Part shown: piece after piece, positions 9,282 to 19,352 of the stretch
How positions within the stretch are numbered: position 1 is the stretch's first letter
Layout: each line of letters opens with the position of its first letter
NCBI GenBank assembly: GCA_965209055.1
Contig: OZ242374.1
Span: 4,704,001 to 4,768,000 of the forward strand
Direction of reading: 5' to 3'
From: Acidobacteriota bacterium
GTDB taxonomy: Bacteria > Acidobacteriota > UBA6911 > RPQK01 > JAJDTT01
Length of the DNA stretch: 64,000 bases
Notes under the pieces: generated by a model
What the model was told of the DNA's origin: nothing
What the model saw: only the letters and a program-made list of their open reading frames with translations
The model's database searches: none
Program-made: the position numbers and the translations under genes

Positions 9282-10157
9282 ATGAGACGGATACGCTTTC
9301 GATGCCCCTTTGCCTGTATGATGCTGCGCCGGCACGCCGCCGCAGGCTTGATCGGTCTGATCCTGATCACGGGCGCCGCGCCCGGCGAGAGCAAATTGAA
9401 GCTGCTCTCGTTCTGGGACGCGAGTGACGAATCCAATTCGTCCCAGATCGATCACGGCGCATGGCAGGAGATCCTGGACACTTACCTGCGGTCCCACAGC
9501 TCCGGCATCAATCGATTCGACTACGCCGCCTTGAAGGCCAGCGCCGGGGACACCGCGAAACTGGCCGGATACCTGTCCTACCTGCAGGAACTCGATCCCA
9601 GGACCTACTCGCGGAGGGAACAAAAGGCCTACTGGTTCAACTTCTACAATTCACTGACCGTTAAGGTGGTGGCCGACGCCTATCCCGTCGACTCCATCAA
9701 GAAAATCAGCAACAGCATGCTGGGAGGTCTGATTCCGGTCGGCCCATGGGGTGACGTACGGGCCAAGGTCCGCGGCCAGGACCTGACTCTGGACAACATC
9801 GAGCACGGCATCCTGAGGCCCATCTACCGTGATCCCCGGATTCACTATGGGGTGAATTGCGCCAGCCTGGGGTGTCCGAATCTATTGGAGACGGCTTTCA
9901 CCGCGGCCAATACCGAGACACTGTTGGATGGCGCCGCCCGCGCCTATGTGAATCATTCCCGGGGCGTCGATTTTGTCGACGACGATTTCATCGTCATCTC
10001 CAGTATCTACACCTGGTTCTCGGAGGACTTCGGCGACACCGAGGAGAACGTCCTCAAACACCTGGCGCGGTATGCGGATGATGAACTGGCGGACCGCCTG
10101 AAGAACTTCGAGGGAGCCATCGACTACGAGTACGACTGGGATTTGAACCAGCCGTAA
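9282..10157 (+). CDS. DUF547 domain secreted protein
   Basis: AYWFNFYN, TLDNIEHGILR, DPRIHYGVNCASLGCP, Y.YDW.LN C-terminus. Confidence 0.88.
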   Translation: MRRIRFRCPFACMMLRRHAAAGLIGLILITGAAPGESKLKLLSFWDASDESNSSQIDHGAWQEILDTYLRSHSSGINRFDYAALKASAGDTAKLAGYLSYLQELDPRTYSRREQKAYWFNFYNSLTVKVVADAYPVDSIKKISNSMLGGLIPVGPWGDVRAKVRGQDLTLDNIEHGILRPIYRDPRIHYGVNCASLGCPNLLETAFTAANTETLLDGAARAYVNHSRGVDFVDDDFIVISSIYTWFSEDFGDTEENVLKHLARYADDELADRLKNFEGAIDYEYDWDLNQP

Positions 10158-10166
10158 CCGGTGCTC

Positions 10167-10215
10167 GGCAGCTCGAAACCGCCGTTCCTGATCGGCCGCT
10201 GGAAACTGCCGTTTC
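10167..10215 (+). repeat. Two tandem degenerate family-1 REP arms
   Basis: 10167-10188 and 10194-10215 match the reverse complement of 3304-3325 at 19/22 and 18/22. Confidence 0.6.
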
Positions 10216-10226
10216 TGTCTGTTTCC

Positions 10227-11102
10227 TCAGAACACGTAGTTGAGGGAGACGCCGATGACGTTGGAGACGGCCGTATTGCGTCCGGCGATCACCCTGCCGT
10301 AGGACGCTCCGATGTTGGCCCGGTCCGAAACGGCGATGCTCACCGAAGGCCCGACGACATGGAAGTCTTCCTGCAGTTCGGGAAATACCATGGGTGAGAA
10401 TCCCGGGCCTCCGATCTCCAGACCCGAAGTGGAATCTTCCATCTGATAGTTGAACGCCAGTCCGAGCCGGCTTCCCACCACCACGCCGGCCGCCAGCCGG
10501 GCAAACAGATTGGGCGGAATGTCGTGGTCGCCCGAGGTTCGATTGCGATACCCGAACTCACCCGAAACGGCAAAGCCATTGTCGAAGTACTTGCCGATCA
10601 GTGTCGACAACTCGAATCCGTTGCCTCCGTCTCCCAGCGAATTGATATAGCCCGTCTCGTAACTTCCCGCCACGATGACTCCGGCGCGAAACGCGACGGT
10701 CGGGCCGTCGCCCACCACCTCGTCCAACGCGCGCCAAACCACGCCGGCATTGATGTCGGCCAAACCGCTGATGCTGGCCTGGGACGGGGGGAGGCCCGGG
10801 CCGGTGGCGTATGAACTCTGGGCTCCACCAAACCGGAAGTCCAGCGCCAGGGAGTCGGTCATACCGTAGGTCCCCTCCACCCAGACGGTCTTCTGGGAGA
10901 GATCGTGTCCGCCTCCTGGGGTCGGACTCTTCGTAGTGCTGCGGAAGAACTCGGTGGCGTTCTGAGAAACGTAGGAAACGGTGAGGGAGCCTCCTCCGGG
11001 GGCGGGAAGCCAGGGAGAGCCACCGGCGAACGCGGGTGACCCGTTGATTGCGACGGCCGCAACTGCGGCCAATATTAATAGGTGTTTTCGTTGCATTGCC
11101 AT
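10227..11102 (-). CDS. Putative outer-membrane beta-barrel/transporter-like protein
   Basis: Signal peptide, alternating amphipathic strands, C-terminal SLNYVF; AAGGAA RBS before ATG 11102. Confidence 0.65.
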   Translation of the reverse strand: MAMQRKHLLILAAVAAVAINGSPAFAGGSPWLPAPGGGSLTVSYVSQNATEFFRSTTKSPTPGGGHDLSQKTVWVEGTYGMTDSLALDFRFGGAQSSYATGPGLPPSQASISGLADINAGVVWRALDEVVGDGPTVAFRAGVIVAGSYETGYINSLGDGGNGFELSTLIGKYFDNGFAVSGEFGYRNRTSGDHDIPPNLFARLAAGVVVGSRLGLAFNYQMEDSTSGLEIGGPGFSPMVFPELQEDFHVVGPSVSIAVSDRANIGASYGRVIAGRNTAVSNVIGVSLNYVF

Positions 11103-11155
11103 GTTCCTTGGTAAAGCTCGTTGATTGGAGTCGGCCGGCGTTGAGTCCGATGCCG

Positions 11156-11527
11156 TCACAGCTTGTAACGGCGCGTCAGGAAGTAGTGAACGAGTTCCTG
11201 TTCGTCCACGCCGTCATCACACGCGACGGCCTCGGAACCCGGACAGAGGACCTGGATATTCTCGTCGTCCGGCGTACCCGGCTTGTTCGCCGAGTCGCGG
11301 GCCTCGAGGCTGTTCTTCAGGTTCTGTGCGCGGGCCCGATCGAGTTCACCCTTCTGCAGCGGACAGGAGTCGCACACCAACTTTTTGTAGGTGAGCGCCT
11401 TGCCCTTGGTGTACGCGTCCCTGGGATTGATGCCCCGGCCTGCCGCAATGGAGCCGGACGCGGACAGCGACACCGGCGCCAGCACGGCGATCATCGCCAC
11501 GACCAGCAAGCCGATCAGCTTCTTCAT
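11156..11527 (-). CDS. Small secreted protein with CxxC and two further Cys
   Basis: Signal peptide MKKLIGLL..., CDSCP, RBS GAGGAG. Confidence 0.7.
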   Translation of the reverse strand: MKKLIGLLVVAMIAVLAPVSLSASGSIAAGRGINPRDAYTKGKALTYKKLVCDSCPLQKGELDRARAQNLKNSLEARDSANKPGTPDDENIQVLCPGSEAVACDDGVDEQELVHYFLTRRYKL

Positions 11528-11598
11528 TTCAATTCTCCTCAGTAAAGGGTCGGGGTGGTTGGGAACCGCGACTCATCTGCCAAATTTGACGAAATGCA

Positions 11599-11675
11599 AT
11601 TTCGCGTCGCCTCCTTCCCACCTGGCGGACGCGAAATCAGTTTTTCAAATATATAGGGTAAACAATTATCGTTGC
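11599..11675 (-). promoter_or_regulatory. AT-rich promoter region with a Fur-like box and a leader hairpin
   Basis: GCAACGATAATTGTTTAC (minus strand, 11675-11658) resembles a Fur box; 10-bp inverted repeat 11599-11608 / 11628-11637. Confidence 0.35.
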
Positions 11676-11761
11676 GGTTGCGTGAAAAAAGTAAAGAATT
11701 CTCACGTCCCACGAAACGGAGAGCCGGTTGTCTCCTACGGGGACCTTTCCGGAGGTGACGG

Positions 11762-12454
11762 TTACGGTGTTTCGCCCAATTGCATGGCGAGCAGGCCGAA
11801 TTCGGGGATCTCTGCCGACTCTCTCAACTTGCGATGGATACAGTTCTCCTGCATGCGTTGGAACAGCTCCCGCGAGAGGTGCCTCTTGTAGATCTTCATT
11901 TCCTTCCGGACTTCGCTCCGGAGGCTCCGCAGCCGTTTCCGGTCCATTTCATCCCGGAGGACCTCCGCGACCAGGACCCCGATGTGGTTCAGATCCTGGT
12001 CGATCTGTCGCCCGTCGAGTTGCTCCCGGCCACCGACTTCCTGCCTCAGGGAGGACAACAGGCTCAAGGGTCCGTCGAAGTCTTCGGGACGCGCTTTGAG
12101 CGACGCGCTCAGACGGTCCACGTGTTCGAGAATGCGGGCGCTGTCCACTCCCCTGCCTTGGAAATCAGCGGGTTCGCTCGCTTCCTCTCCCGAGCCCACC
12201 ATGGCTCGTTGATGCTCCTCGAAAGCCTGAGTGACGGCCGGATGACAGTAGGACAGACTCCTGGGTGACGTCTTCCGCGACCGGGCGGTCTCGAAACTGC
12301 GGTCGATCCCTCGAATCACCACGTGTATGGGAATTCCGCTTTCCTTCCACAATTCGATCAGGCACCAATCCAGAGGAGGAACCAGCAGGTGCTTCTGGCG
12401 CCTCCGGATGAAGTGTTCCTCGACTTCCGTGAAGTAGTTGAAATAGTTATCCAA
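11762..12454 (-). CDS. Conserved hypothetical protein (Acidobacteria-type)
   Basis: NYFNYFTEVEEHF.RRR...LDW..IE.WKESGIP N-terminus; follows coaX in the same direction. Confidence 0.75.
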   Translation of the reverse strand: MDNYFNYFTEVEEHFIRRRQKHLLVPPLDWCLIELWKESGIPIHVVIRGIDRSFETARSRKTSPRSLSYCHPAVTQAFEEHQRAMVGSGEEASEPADFQGRGVDSARILEHVDRLSASLKARPEDFDGPLSLLSSLRQEVGGREQLDGRQIDQDLNHIGVLVAEVLRDEMDRKRLRSLRSEVRKEMKIYKRHLSRELFQRMQENCIHRKLRESAEIPEFGLLAMQLGETP

Positions 12455-12523
12455 GACGGTCCTGCCGAAGGTCCGGCGGCCTCCGCCATCGACGGCGTAT
12501 GACGGGGACCGGCTGATTTTTTC

Positions 12524-13297
12524 TCAACGCCGCCGTCCCGACATGCGCTCGTGATAGATCCGGAGCCCGCACAAGGTCAGATTCTCCTCGATCAGGTCGA
12601 TCCCCTCCGAGGCGCCCGCGATGAGGGGGGCCAGCCCTCCGGTGGCCACGACTCGCGCCCCGCCCAGTTCCTCCTTCATCCGTTTCAGAATCCCTTCCAC
12701 CAGTCCCACGTAGCCGTGGTAGAGGCCCGACTGGATGCTGCCGCTGGTGGAGGTTCCCACGACCTGCCGGGGACGGGCAATTTCGATCCGCGGGAGCTTG
12801 GCGGTCCGGGAGAAGAGTGCTTCGGCCGAGATTCCGATCCCGGCGGCGATGACCCCTCCCACGTACTCCCCCCGGGCCGAGATGGCGTCGAAGGTGGTGG
12901 CGGTCCCGAAGTCGACGGCGATGGCCGGGGCTCCGACCAGATCCAACGTGGCCAGGGCGTTGGCGACGCGGTCGGCGCCCACGTCCGACTTCGGCTGGTA
13001 CCGGATGGGCAACAGGGATTGACCCACGGGATCCACCATCAGGGGTTCGCGTCCGGCGTAGCGGAGGGACAAGGCCTTGAAACATTCATTCAGCGGAGGG
13101 ACCACGCTGCAGACGGCGACGTCCTCCACCCGGTCCATCCGGACGCCCGCCATGCGAAAGAGGTGGTCGCAGAGGGAAGCGTACTCGTCTACGGTCCGGT
13201 TCCTGCGCGTGGAGATCCGCCACGAATGCTCCAGAGTCGTTCCTTGGAACAGACCCAGGACGATGTTGGTGTTCCCGATGTCGATGACCAGCAACAT
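12524..13297 (-). CDS. coaX: Type III pantothenate kinase
   Basis: LVIDIGNTN, VGADR, VDFGTATT, GGVIAAG, VATGG. Confidence 0.95.
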   Translation of the reverse strand: MLLVIDIGNTNIVLGLFQGTTLEHSWRISTRRNRTVDEYASLCDHLFRMAGVRMDRVEDVAVCSVVPPLNECFKALSLRYAGREPLMVDPVGQSLLPIRYQPKSDVGADRVANALATLDLVGAPAIAVDFGTATTFDAISARGEYVGGVIAAGIGISAEALFSRTAKLPRIEIARPRQVVGTSTSGSIQSGLYHGYVGLVEGILKRMKEELGGARVVATGGLAPLIAGASEGIDLIEENLTLCGLRIYHERMSGRRR

Positions 13298-13344
13298 GGG
13301 GGTTTCGTGGTCCAGGCCGGGGCGGCCGAAAACGGCCGCTGACG

Positions 13345-14898
13345 TCAATGTCTGAAGTGGCGCATGCCGGTGAAGACCATCGCCATCCCGTGCTCGTCCG
13401 CCGCCTCGATCACTTCGGCGTCCCGGACCGATCCGCCGGGCTGCACCACTGCCGTGATCCCGCTGGCGGCCGCCTGGTCCAGCCCGTCCCGGAAGGGAAA
13501 GAAGGCGTCGCTGGCCATGCTGGCGCCTGCAGTCGAGCGTTGGGCTTTCTGAGCCGCCAGCCGAGCCGAGTCGACACGGCTCATTTGACCCGCACCGATT
13601 CCCAATGTCTGCCCGCCCTTGGCGAATACAATGGCATTCGACTTCACGTGCTTGGCGATGGTCCAGGCGAAGAGCAGGTCTTGGAGTTCACCCGGCTCGG
13701 GCGATCTTTCAGTCACCACCTTAAGATCTTCGGCCTTCGCCAGGGCCAGATCCGCATCCTGAAGCAGACAGGCCCCGGAAATCATCTTGAGATCGTACTC
13801 CGGGGACGATCCCGAAGACGGTTGCGGCTCGAGCAACATCACCCGGAGATTCTTCTTTTTGGCGAAGATCTCCAGAGCCCCCTGCGAGTAGGCCGGCGCT
13901 ATGATGGCCTCCACGAACAAGGTCCGGGTTGCCTCCGCCGTGGCGGAGTCCACGGGACGGTTGAAGGCCAATATGGAGCCGAACGCCGAAACCGGATCGC
14001 ACTCCAACGCCTTGAGATAGGCTTCCCGGGGATCGGCTCCCAGCGCGGCGCCGCAAGGGTTGTTGTGCTTGATGATCGTGCAACCGGTTTCTTCGAACTC
14101 GGAAACCAGGCCCCAAGCCGCGTCCAGATCCAGGTAGTTGTTGAACGAGAGCTTCTTTCCCTGGAGCTGAACCGCTCTCGCCAGTCCCTGGGGCGGACCT
14201 GCCGTGGGCCGGTAGATGGCGGCCCGCTGGTGGGGATTCTCGCCGTAGCGCAAGAGGTCCTGACGGTCCAGGGAGAGGGTCAAGGTTGCGGGAACTTCGG
14301 CTTCGGATCCGCTCTGCTCCTCCAGGTACTGAGAGATGGCCGTGTCGTAGGTTGCCGTATGCCGGAAGGCCTTACGGGCCAGGGTCAGGCGGGTGGACTT
14401 TCGCGTTTCTCCCCCATTTTCAGCCAGTTCCGCCAGCACGGACGGATAGTCGGAAGGGTCCACCACGACGGTGACGTGGGCCCAGTTCTTGGCCGCCGCG
14501 CGGACCATGCAGGGCCCGCCGATGTCGATCTGCTCGATGGCGTCCTCCAGGGTCACCCCCTCGCGGCTCACCGTCTCGACGAATGGGTAGAGGTTCACCA
14601 CGACCATGCCCAAGGGCTGGATCGAATGCCGGGTCAGCACCTCGCGATGGCTGGCCAAGTCGTGACGGGCCAGGATCCCGGCATGGATGCGGGGGTGCAG
14701 GGTCTTGACGCGGCCGTCCAGAATCTCGGGAAACCCCGTGTAGTCGGACACCGGAGTCACCTCGACGCCCGCATTCCGCAAGGCCCGGGCCGTGCCCCCG
14801 GTGGACAGGCAGCGGATTCCCAGATCGCCGAGTCCCCGGGCCAAGTCCGCCAGGCCGTCCTTGTTCGAAACACTGATGAGAGCCCATTCGATCTTCAT
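13345..14898 (-). CDS. purH: Bifunctional AICAR transformylase/IMP cyclohydrolase
   Basis: [47 protein letters not shown]. Confidence 0.97.
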   Translation of the reverse strand: MKIEWALISVSNKDGLADLARGLGDLGIRCLSTGGTARALRNAGVEVTPVSDYTGFPEILDGRVKTLHPRIHAGILARHDLASHREVLTRHSIQPLGMVVVNLYPFVETVSREGVTLEDAIEQIDIGGPCMVRAAAKNWAHVTVVVDPSDYPSVLAELAENGGETRKSTRLTLARKAFRHTATYDTAISQYLEEQSGSEAEVPATLTLSLDRQDLLRYGENPHQRAAIYRPTAGPPQGLARAVQLQGKKLSFNNYLDLDAAWGLVSEFEETGCTIIKHNNPCGAALGADPREAYLKALECDPVSAFGSILAFNRPVDSATAEATRTLFVEAIIAPAYSQGALEIFAKKKNLRVMLLEPQPSSGSSPEYDLKMISGACLLQDADLALAKAEDLKVVTERSPEPGELQDLLFAWTIAKHVKSNAIVFAKGGQTLGIGAGQMSRVDSARLAAQKAQRSTAGASMASDAFFPFRDGLDQAAASGITAVVQPGGSVRDAEVIEAADEHGMAMVFTGMRHFRH

Positions 14899-15008
14899 CG
14901 CATCTCCCTGCTCGGGATGCATGTTAACAGTCCGCGGTGATAGGAGCATTCCTGTCTCCGGGGCAATTTCCGATTACCAATTCACCCATCCTGATTCATA
15001 ATGGCGGC

Positions 15009-16409
15009 GTGCCCACCGCCAATCAGACCCTGCGCCGCATCCCCTCCGTGAACCAGATCCTTCGCGGATCGGACGCGGAATCTCTTCTGGAGACTTATCC
15101 GCGCCACCTGGTCGTCGACGAGGTCCGGCAAGCTCTGGACCGGCTCCGGGACTCGATTCGCCGGAGCGATGACCCTGACCGCGCGCTGGAGTCGGGACTG
15201 GCGGATCTGGCGCCGGACCTGGGGAGGTCGCTCCGGAATCGCCTCCGCCCGTCCCTTCGTCCCGTCATCAACGCCACCGGAATCATTCTGCACACCAACT
15301 TGGGCCGCGCCCCCTTGAACGAAGAAACCGCCAAAGTCATGAAGAGCCTCTCCCAGGGGTACTCCAACCTGGAGTTCGAACTGGACCAGGGAAAACGGGG
15401 ACACCGGGACCGGCATCTGGACGAGCAGTTCCGGAGGCTCCTATCCTGCGAGGCGGCTACCGCGGTGAACAACAACGCGGCCGCCCTCTACCTCGTGCTG
15501 AGCACTCTGGCCCGCGGCCGAAAAGTCCTGGTCTCCCGGGGCGAGCTCGTGGAGATCGGCGGATCCTTCCGCATCCCCTCCATCCTGGAACAGAGCGGCG
15601 CCACGCTGAAGGAGGTGGGGACTACCAACCGGACCCGGATCGAAGACTATCGGGATGCCCTGGACAAAGAGACGGCTCTCATTCTCAGAGTCCACCCCAG
15701 CAATTTCCGGGTCGTGGGATTCAGCCGGCGCCCCGCCCTCTCCGAACTCGTCGCCTTGTCCCGGGAGGCCGGAATCCCCCTGCTCAAGGATGCCGGAAGC
15801 GGCTACCTCTTCCGGACCTCCCACGCTAGTCTGAGGACGGAGCCCGCGGTCGAAGAGATCTTGCAGGCGGGTGTGGACCTGGTCTGCTTCAGTGGAGACA
15901 AGCTCCTGGGAGGACCTCAGGCCGGCATCGTGCTGGGAAATCGTGCGCTGATCGAAGCGGTCCGCAAGAATCCTCTGGCCCGGGTCTGCCGTCTGGACAA
16001 AGCCACCTTCGCCGGACTGCAACGGACGCTCTCCCTCTACGAGCAGGGCACCTACCTGGAAAGGCTTCCGGTCTACCGGATGCTCGGGGCCTCCAGGGCC
16101 TCTCTGGAAAGCCGGGCCCGCCGGATCCGGAGGGTGTTGGACCCGGGAGCGTACCGGAGCCGGATCCTGGACGGCTTCTCCCTGACCGGCGGCGGATCGG
16201 CCCCGGAGGAAACCATTTCCACCACCTTGCTGGCGCTCCGCTCTACGGACGGCTCCTGCAACGAGTTGAGCCGGCGGCTCCGCCTCGGGTCCCCACCCGT
16301 CGTGGCCCGAATCGAGGACGATTGGGTCATCCTGGATCTGCGGACGGTGTTGCCGGAGGAAGACGAGGCTCTGGTCCGATCCCTGTCCCGGGCCGCGTCG
16401 GGAGATTGA
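15009..16409 (+). CDS. selA: L-seryl-tRNA(Sec) selenium transferase
   Basis: VINATGIILHTNLGRA, VNNNAAA, SRGELVEIGGSFRIP, FSGDKLLGGPQAG. Confidence 0.95.
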   Translation: MPTANQTLRRIPSVNQILRGSDAESLLETYPRHLVVDEVRQALDRLRDSIRRSDDPDRALESGLADLAPDLGRSLRNRLRPSLRPVINATGIILHTNLGRAPLNEETAKVMKSLSQGYSNLEFELDQGKRGHRDRHLDEQFRRLLSCEAATAVNNNAAALYLVLSTLARGRKVLVSRGELVEIGGSFRIPSILEQSGATLKEVGTTNRTRIEDYRDALDKETALILRVHPSNFRVVGFSRRPALSELVALSREAGIPLLKDAGSGYLFRTSHASLRTEPAVEEILQAGVDLVCFSGDKLLGGPQAGIVLGNRALIEAVRKNPLARVCRLDKATFAGLQRTLSLYEQGTYLERLPVYRMLGASRASLESRARRIRRVLDPGAYRSRILDGFSLTGGGSAPEETISTTLLALRSTDGSCNELSRRLRLGSPPVVARIEDDWVILDLRTVLPEEDEALVRSLSRAASGD

Positions 16410-16410
16410 A

Positions 16411-17238
16411 GTGGCCGAGAACCCTCTTGCTCCGCCCCGGGACCGGCATCTGCTCGAGTTTTTTGCCCGGCAGTACGATCTGCGCCTCCCAGGCGATCGG
16501 CTCCAATCCCTCGGCGCTCTGGCTCGGAGTTTTTCCCGGCTTCCCTACGAGAACCTGACCAAGATCATCCGGAGTTCCCGGAACGGCAAGGGACCGTCCG
16601 CACGGCGCCTCCCCGCCGAGGTTCTGGCGGATCACCGGGAGCTGGGGACGGGAGGGACCTGCTTTTCGTTGACGGCGACGCTGCTCCGCCTGGTCCGCAG
16701 CCTGGGTTTCAAGGCCCAGCCGATCCTGGCGGACCGTCACTATGGGGCAGACACCCACTCGGCGCTGCTGGTCCGGATCCGGGGGCGCCCCCACCTGCTG
16801 GACCCCGGCTATCTGGTGGTCGAGCCGGTACCGTTGGACGAGAATCGCGAAGTGGAGGTCAAAACTCCGTTCAACCGTCTTCTCCTCTCCCCGGAAGGCC
16901 CGGGAAGAATGCGCCTCTACACCCGGCAACAGGGCGGGCGGAGTCATCGGCTCACGTTCAAGACCTCGCCCGCCGATCCGGGACAGTTCCTGAAGGCCTG
17001 GGACGAATCCTTTTCCTGGGAGATGATGACCCATCCTCTGCTGACCCGGGTTGAAGGAGGAAAACAGATTTATCTCAACGGCCGGCGGTTGCAGATCCGG
17101 ACCCACACCGATGTCGTCCGGACGGAGTTGGACCGGGCAGAGCTTCACCGGCAGATCGCCGCGACCTTCGGCATCGCCCCGCCCGTGGTTCGCACGGCCC
17201 TCGCCATTTTGGACGACGCCTCCCGTGGCTCAGGTTGA
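16411..17238 (+). CDS. Arylamine N-acetyltransferase family protein
   Basis: PYENL, GGTCF (catalytic Cys), His in THSAL, Asp in LLDPGY. Confidence 0.8.
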   Translation: MAENPLAPPRDRHLLEFFARQYDLRLPGDRLQSLGALARSFSRLPYENLTKIIRSSRNGKGPSARRLPAEVLADHRELGTGGTCFSLTATLLRLVRSLGFKAQPILADRHYGADTHSALLVRIRGRPHLLDPGYLVVEPVPLDENREVEVKTPFNRLLLSPEGPGRMRLYTRQQGGRSHRLTFKTSPADPGQFLKAWDESFSWEMMTHPLLTRVEGGKQIYLNGRRLQIRTHTDVVRTELDRAELHRQIAATFGIAPPVVRTALAILDDASRGSG

Positions 17239-17782
17239 AGCGGTCGAGCCGGTCAAGCTACTGGTGGCCCTGCTCTGGGCCGACTCCCGTTCCCGGAATT
17301 CGGCGCTGGAGGATATGGAGCGCCGGTGGGGCGCCATCGACTTCAGTGGAGCCGACCACCCATTCGACGTCACCGATTACTACGAGGCGGAAATGGGACC
17401 GTCGGTGCAGAGGCGCCTGGTGAGCTTCTCCCGCATGATCCCTCCCGAGTCCCTTCCGGAGGTGAAGCTGGCGTGCAACCGGATCGAGGAGCAACTGGCC
17501 CGCCGAGGCTGCCGCCGGGTCAATCTGGACGCCGGCTATCTGGACCACAGCAAGGTGGTCCTGGCCAGCATGAAGTTCGCCGGCCAGAAGATCCACCTGG
17601 GCCAGGGTGTCTACGCCGACCTCATGAGCCGCTACCGGAAGGGCCGGTACCGGCCCCTGGAGTGGGCGTTCCCCGATTTTCGAGACGGCCGCTACGACGC
17701 GGACCTGGCCCGGATCCGGGATTTGTATATGGCCAGTCGGCGGGGAGCGGCGATTTCCAATCGCCGATCAGGGGAGGGTTAA
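17225..17782 (+). CDS. DUF4416 family protein
   Basis: TDYYEAEMG, RRVNLDAGY, FPDF; the C-terminal codons run through the REP left arm. Confidence 0.8.
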   Translation: MAQVEAVEPVKLLVALLWADSRSRNSALEDMERRWGAIDFSGADHPFDVTDYYEAEMGPSVQRRLVSFSRMIPPESLPEVKLACNRIEEQLARRGCRRVNLDAGYLDHSKVVLASMKFAGQKIHLGQGVYADLMSRYRKGRYRPLEWAFPDFRDGRYDADLARIRDLYMASRRGAAISNRRSGEG

Positions 17783-17851
17783 TGGAAGGTAGTCCCCTCC
17801 GTACACTTTCCCGATCCAATTAGGTACGCAAAGACGGGACGATTGGAAATC
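17744..17851. repeat. REP pair (family 1) interrupted by the element; attL core at 17841-17851
   Basis: Left arm GGAGCGGCGATTTCCAATCGCC (17744-17765); right arm starts GGGACGATTGGAAATC (17836-17851) and resumes at 28464 as GCCCCTCCT. Confidence 0.8.
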
Positions 17852-17901
17852 CGTTGTACTGTCCAGATGAGCTACGGGATTGGTCCTTTCTTTTCAACAG
17901 G

Positions 17902-19008
17902 TTATCCTGATTCTCCTCTCAAATTTTTCCCCTTGGTTCTTGCCCGTTGCCTGTTTGTTGCCTGTTGCGTTTGGGAGTCTTCGTTAGCCTGTGCCTCTCG
18001 AATGCTCTGGAGTGCATGCGAACTGACGTACCCGGCGTAGCGCATGGTCGTGCTGATCGCCGAGTGGCCCATCAGCTTCTGCACCGTCCTCACGTCCACC
18101 CCCTGCATCAGCCAATGGCTGCACCGGAATCGCCGCAGGTCGTGAAATCCGACCTTCAGCCCCACGCTCTCGGCAGCGCGACGTAGCGGCGTGTCGGGAT
18201 TCACCCATCTCGTCCCAGTCCGGCTGTTGACAAAGACGTAAGAGGTGTTCAAGTATCGTGGGAGCCCTGCCAGATATCCGGTGGCGTACTGCGAAAGCGG
18301 AATCTCCCTCGTCTCGTCGTTCTTGGTGAACTCCACCCATAGCAGCCGGCGGACCAAGTCCACCCGTTTCCAGGTGAGCGACAAGGCTTCGCCTTTCCGT
18401 ATCCCCGTCTCGCCGATCACCGCAACCATGGCTTGCAGGTAAGGGTTGTCCATCGCCTCGACCAGGTCGCGGAACTGTTGAACCGTCAAGGGCCGGAAGA
18501 CCTTCTTGGGTTCTTTGAGTTTGGGGAATCTCACCAGCGGGTGCGTGTCCACCTCCCCGCACTCCAGCGCGTAGGAAAACATCTTGCTGATGGCGGCGAC
18601 GGCGCGGTTCACCGTGGCCGGCTTCACCTGTTTCTTCCTCTGGGCGACGTAGCGGTGCAGGTCTTTGCGTTGGAACTCCTTCAGGGGAATGTTCCCCAGC
18701 ATGGCGTTGAGGCTCTTGAACGAACCCTCGTAGCTCCGCCAGGAGCGCATGCGAGGTTTGCAGTACTCCTCGAGAAATCGTTCGTAGAAGCTCCGGACCG
18801 TCCAGAAGGTGCGTTTCCCACCGGCGAGTTCCCGCTTGAGCTGCTTCCAAGTGCCGTCCAGGATGCTGGACTCGATTCGTGTTTGAAGCGCCTGTGCGCT
18901 CCGGTAGTTGGGGGCGTACATTCGGAGCCGACCGGATCCGTTCGGCCAGTACTTGCTGACGACGTACCGTCGTCTCCCCCGGCGATCCTTCACCTTATAG
19001 ATGCCCAT
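17902..19008 (-). CDS. Tyrosine recombinase/phage-type integrase
   Basis: Catalytic set R(GIRKGE), K(TKN), HDLRR, MGHS, TMRY; N-terminal arm-binding-like region; RBS AGGAGGAG before ATG 19008. Confidence 0.93.
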   Translation of the reverse strand: MGIYKVKDRRGRRRYVVSKYWPNGSGRLRMYAPNYRSAQALQTRIESSILDGTWKQLKRELAGGKRTFWTVRSFYERFLEEYCKPRMRSWRSYEGSFKSLNAMLGNIPLKEFQRKDLHRYVAQRKKQVKPATVNRAVAAISKMFSYALECGEVDTHPLVRFPKLKEPKKVFRPLTVQQFRDLVEAMDNPYLQAMVAVIGETGIRKGEALSLTWKRVDLVRRLLWVEFTKNDETREIPLSQYATGYLAGLPRYLNTSYVFVNSRTGTRWVNPDTPLRRAAESVGLKVGFHDLRRFRCSHWLMQGVDVRTVQKLMGHSAISTTMRYAGYVSSHALQSIREAQANEDSQTQQATNRQRARTKGKNLRGESG

Positions 19009-19246
19009 GCATCTCCTCCTTTCTGGATCCGGGTTCTTCGCCTTGGGGCGAATCGTACCACGGCTCCAGAGAATCAACGCAGGCGTTCAAGTCCACTGGG
19101 GCGAAGACGCGTCGGTGCCGACCGGCGGTGTCCGGTTCGGCTCTGGCTTGGATGACGTTCAGATCGGCCAATTTGCGAATCGTGCCGATGCCCTTGCCCA
19201 GATACTGGGCTGCGGACGCAACACTGAAAAGCCTCCGGTTGGGCAC
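18995..19246 (-). CDS. Excisionase-like HTH (MerR/HTH_17-type) protein
   Basis: LFSVASAAQYLGKGIGTIRKLAD...GRHRRVF; overlaps the integrase start. Confidence 0.75.
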   Translation of the reverse strand: MPNRRLFSVASAAQYLGKGIGTIRKLADLNVIQARAEPDTAGRHRRVFAPVDLNACVDSLEPWYDSPQGEEPGSRKEEMHGHL

Positions 19247-19352
19247 CTGGATCAGGGCGGCTGGGCGGTCGTATGCACGGACGCACCCTATACGGTCATG
19301 GAGGCGGCGTTGGGTGGTGTCCTAATTTGAAATCGGGCAGAACTACCCACTA

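Noticed and set aside
11156-11527. c-type cytochrome call for the CDSCP protein
   Set aside because: It lacks the His of the CxxCH heme-binding motif.
15009-17782. selA, acetyltransferase and DUF4416 as a dedicated selenium pathway
   Set aside because: No selB, selD, tRNA-Sec or selenoprotein nearby; tight packing alone is not evidence of shared function.
17780-17900. tRNA or tmRNA as the integration target
   Set aside because: No cloverleaf, T-loop or CCA end is visible at either boundary; the duplicated core lies in a REP arm.
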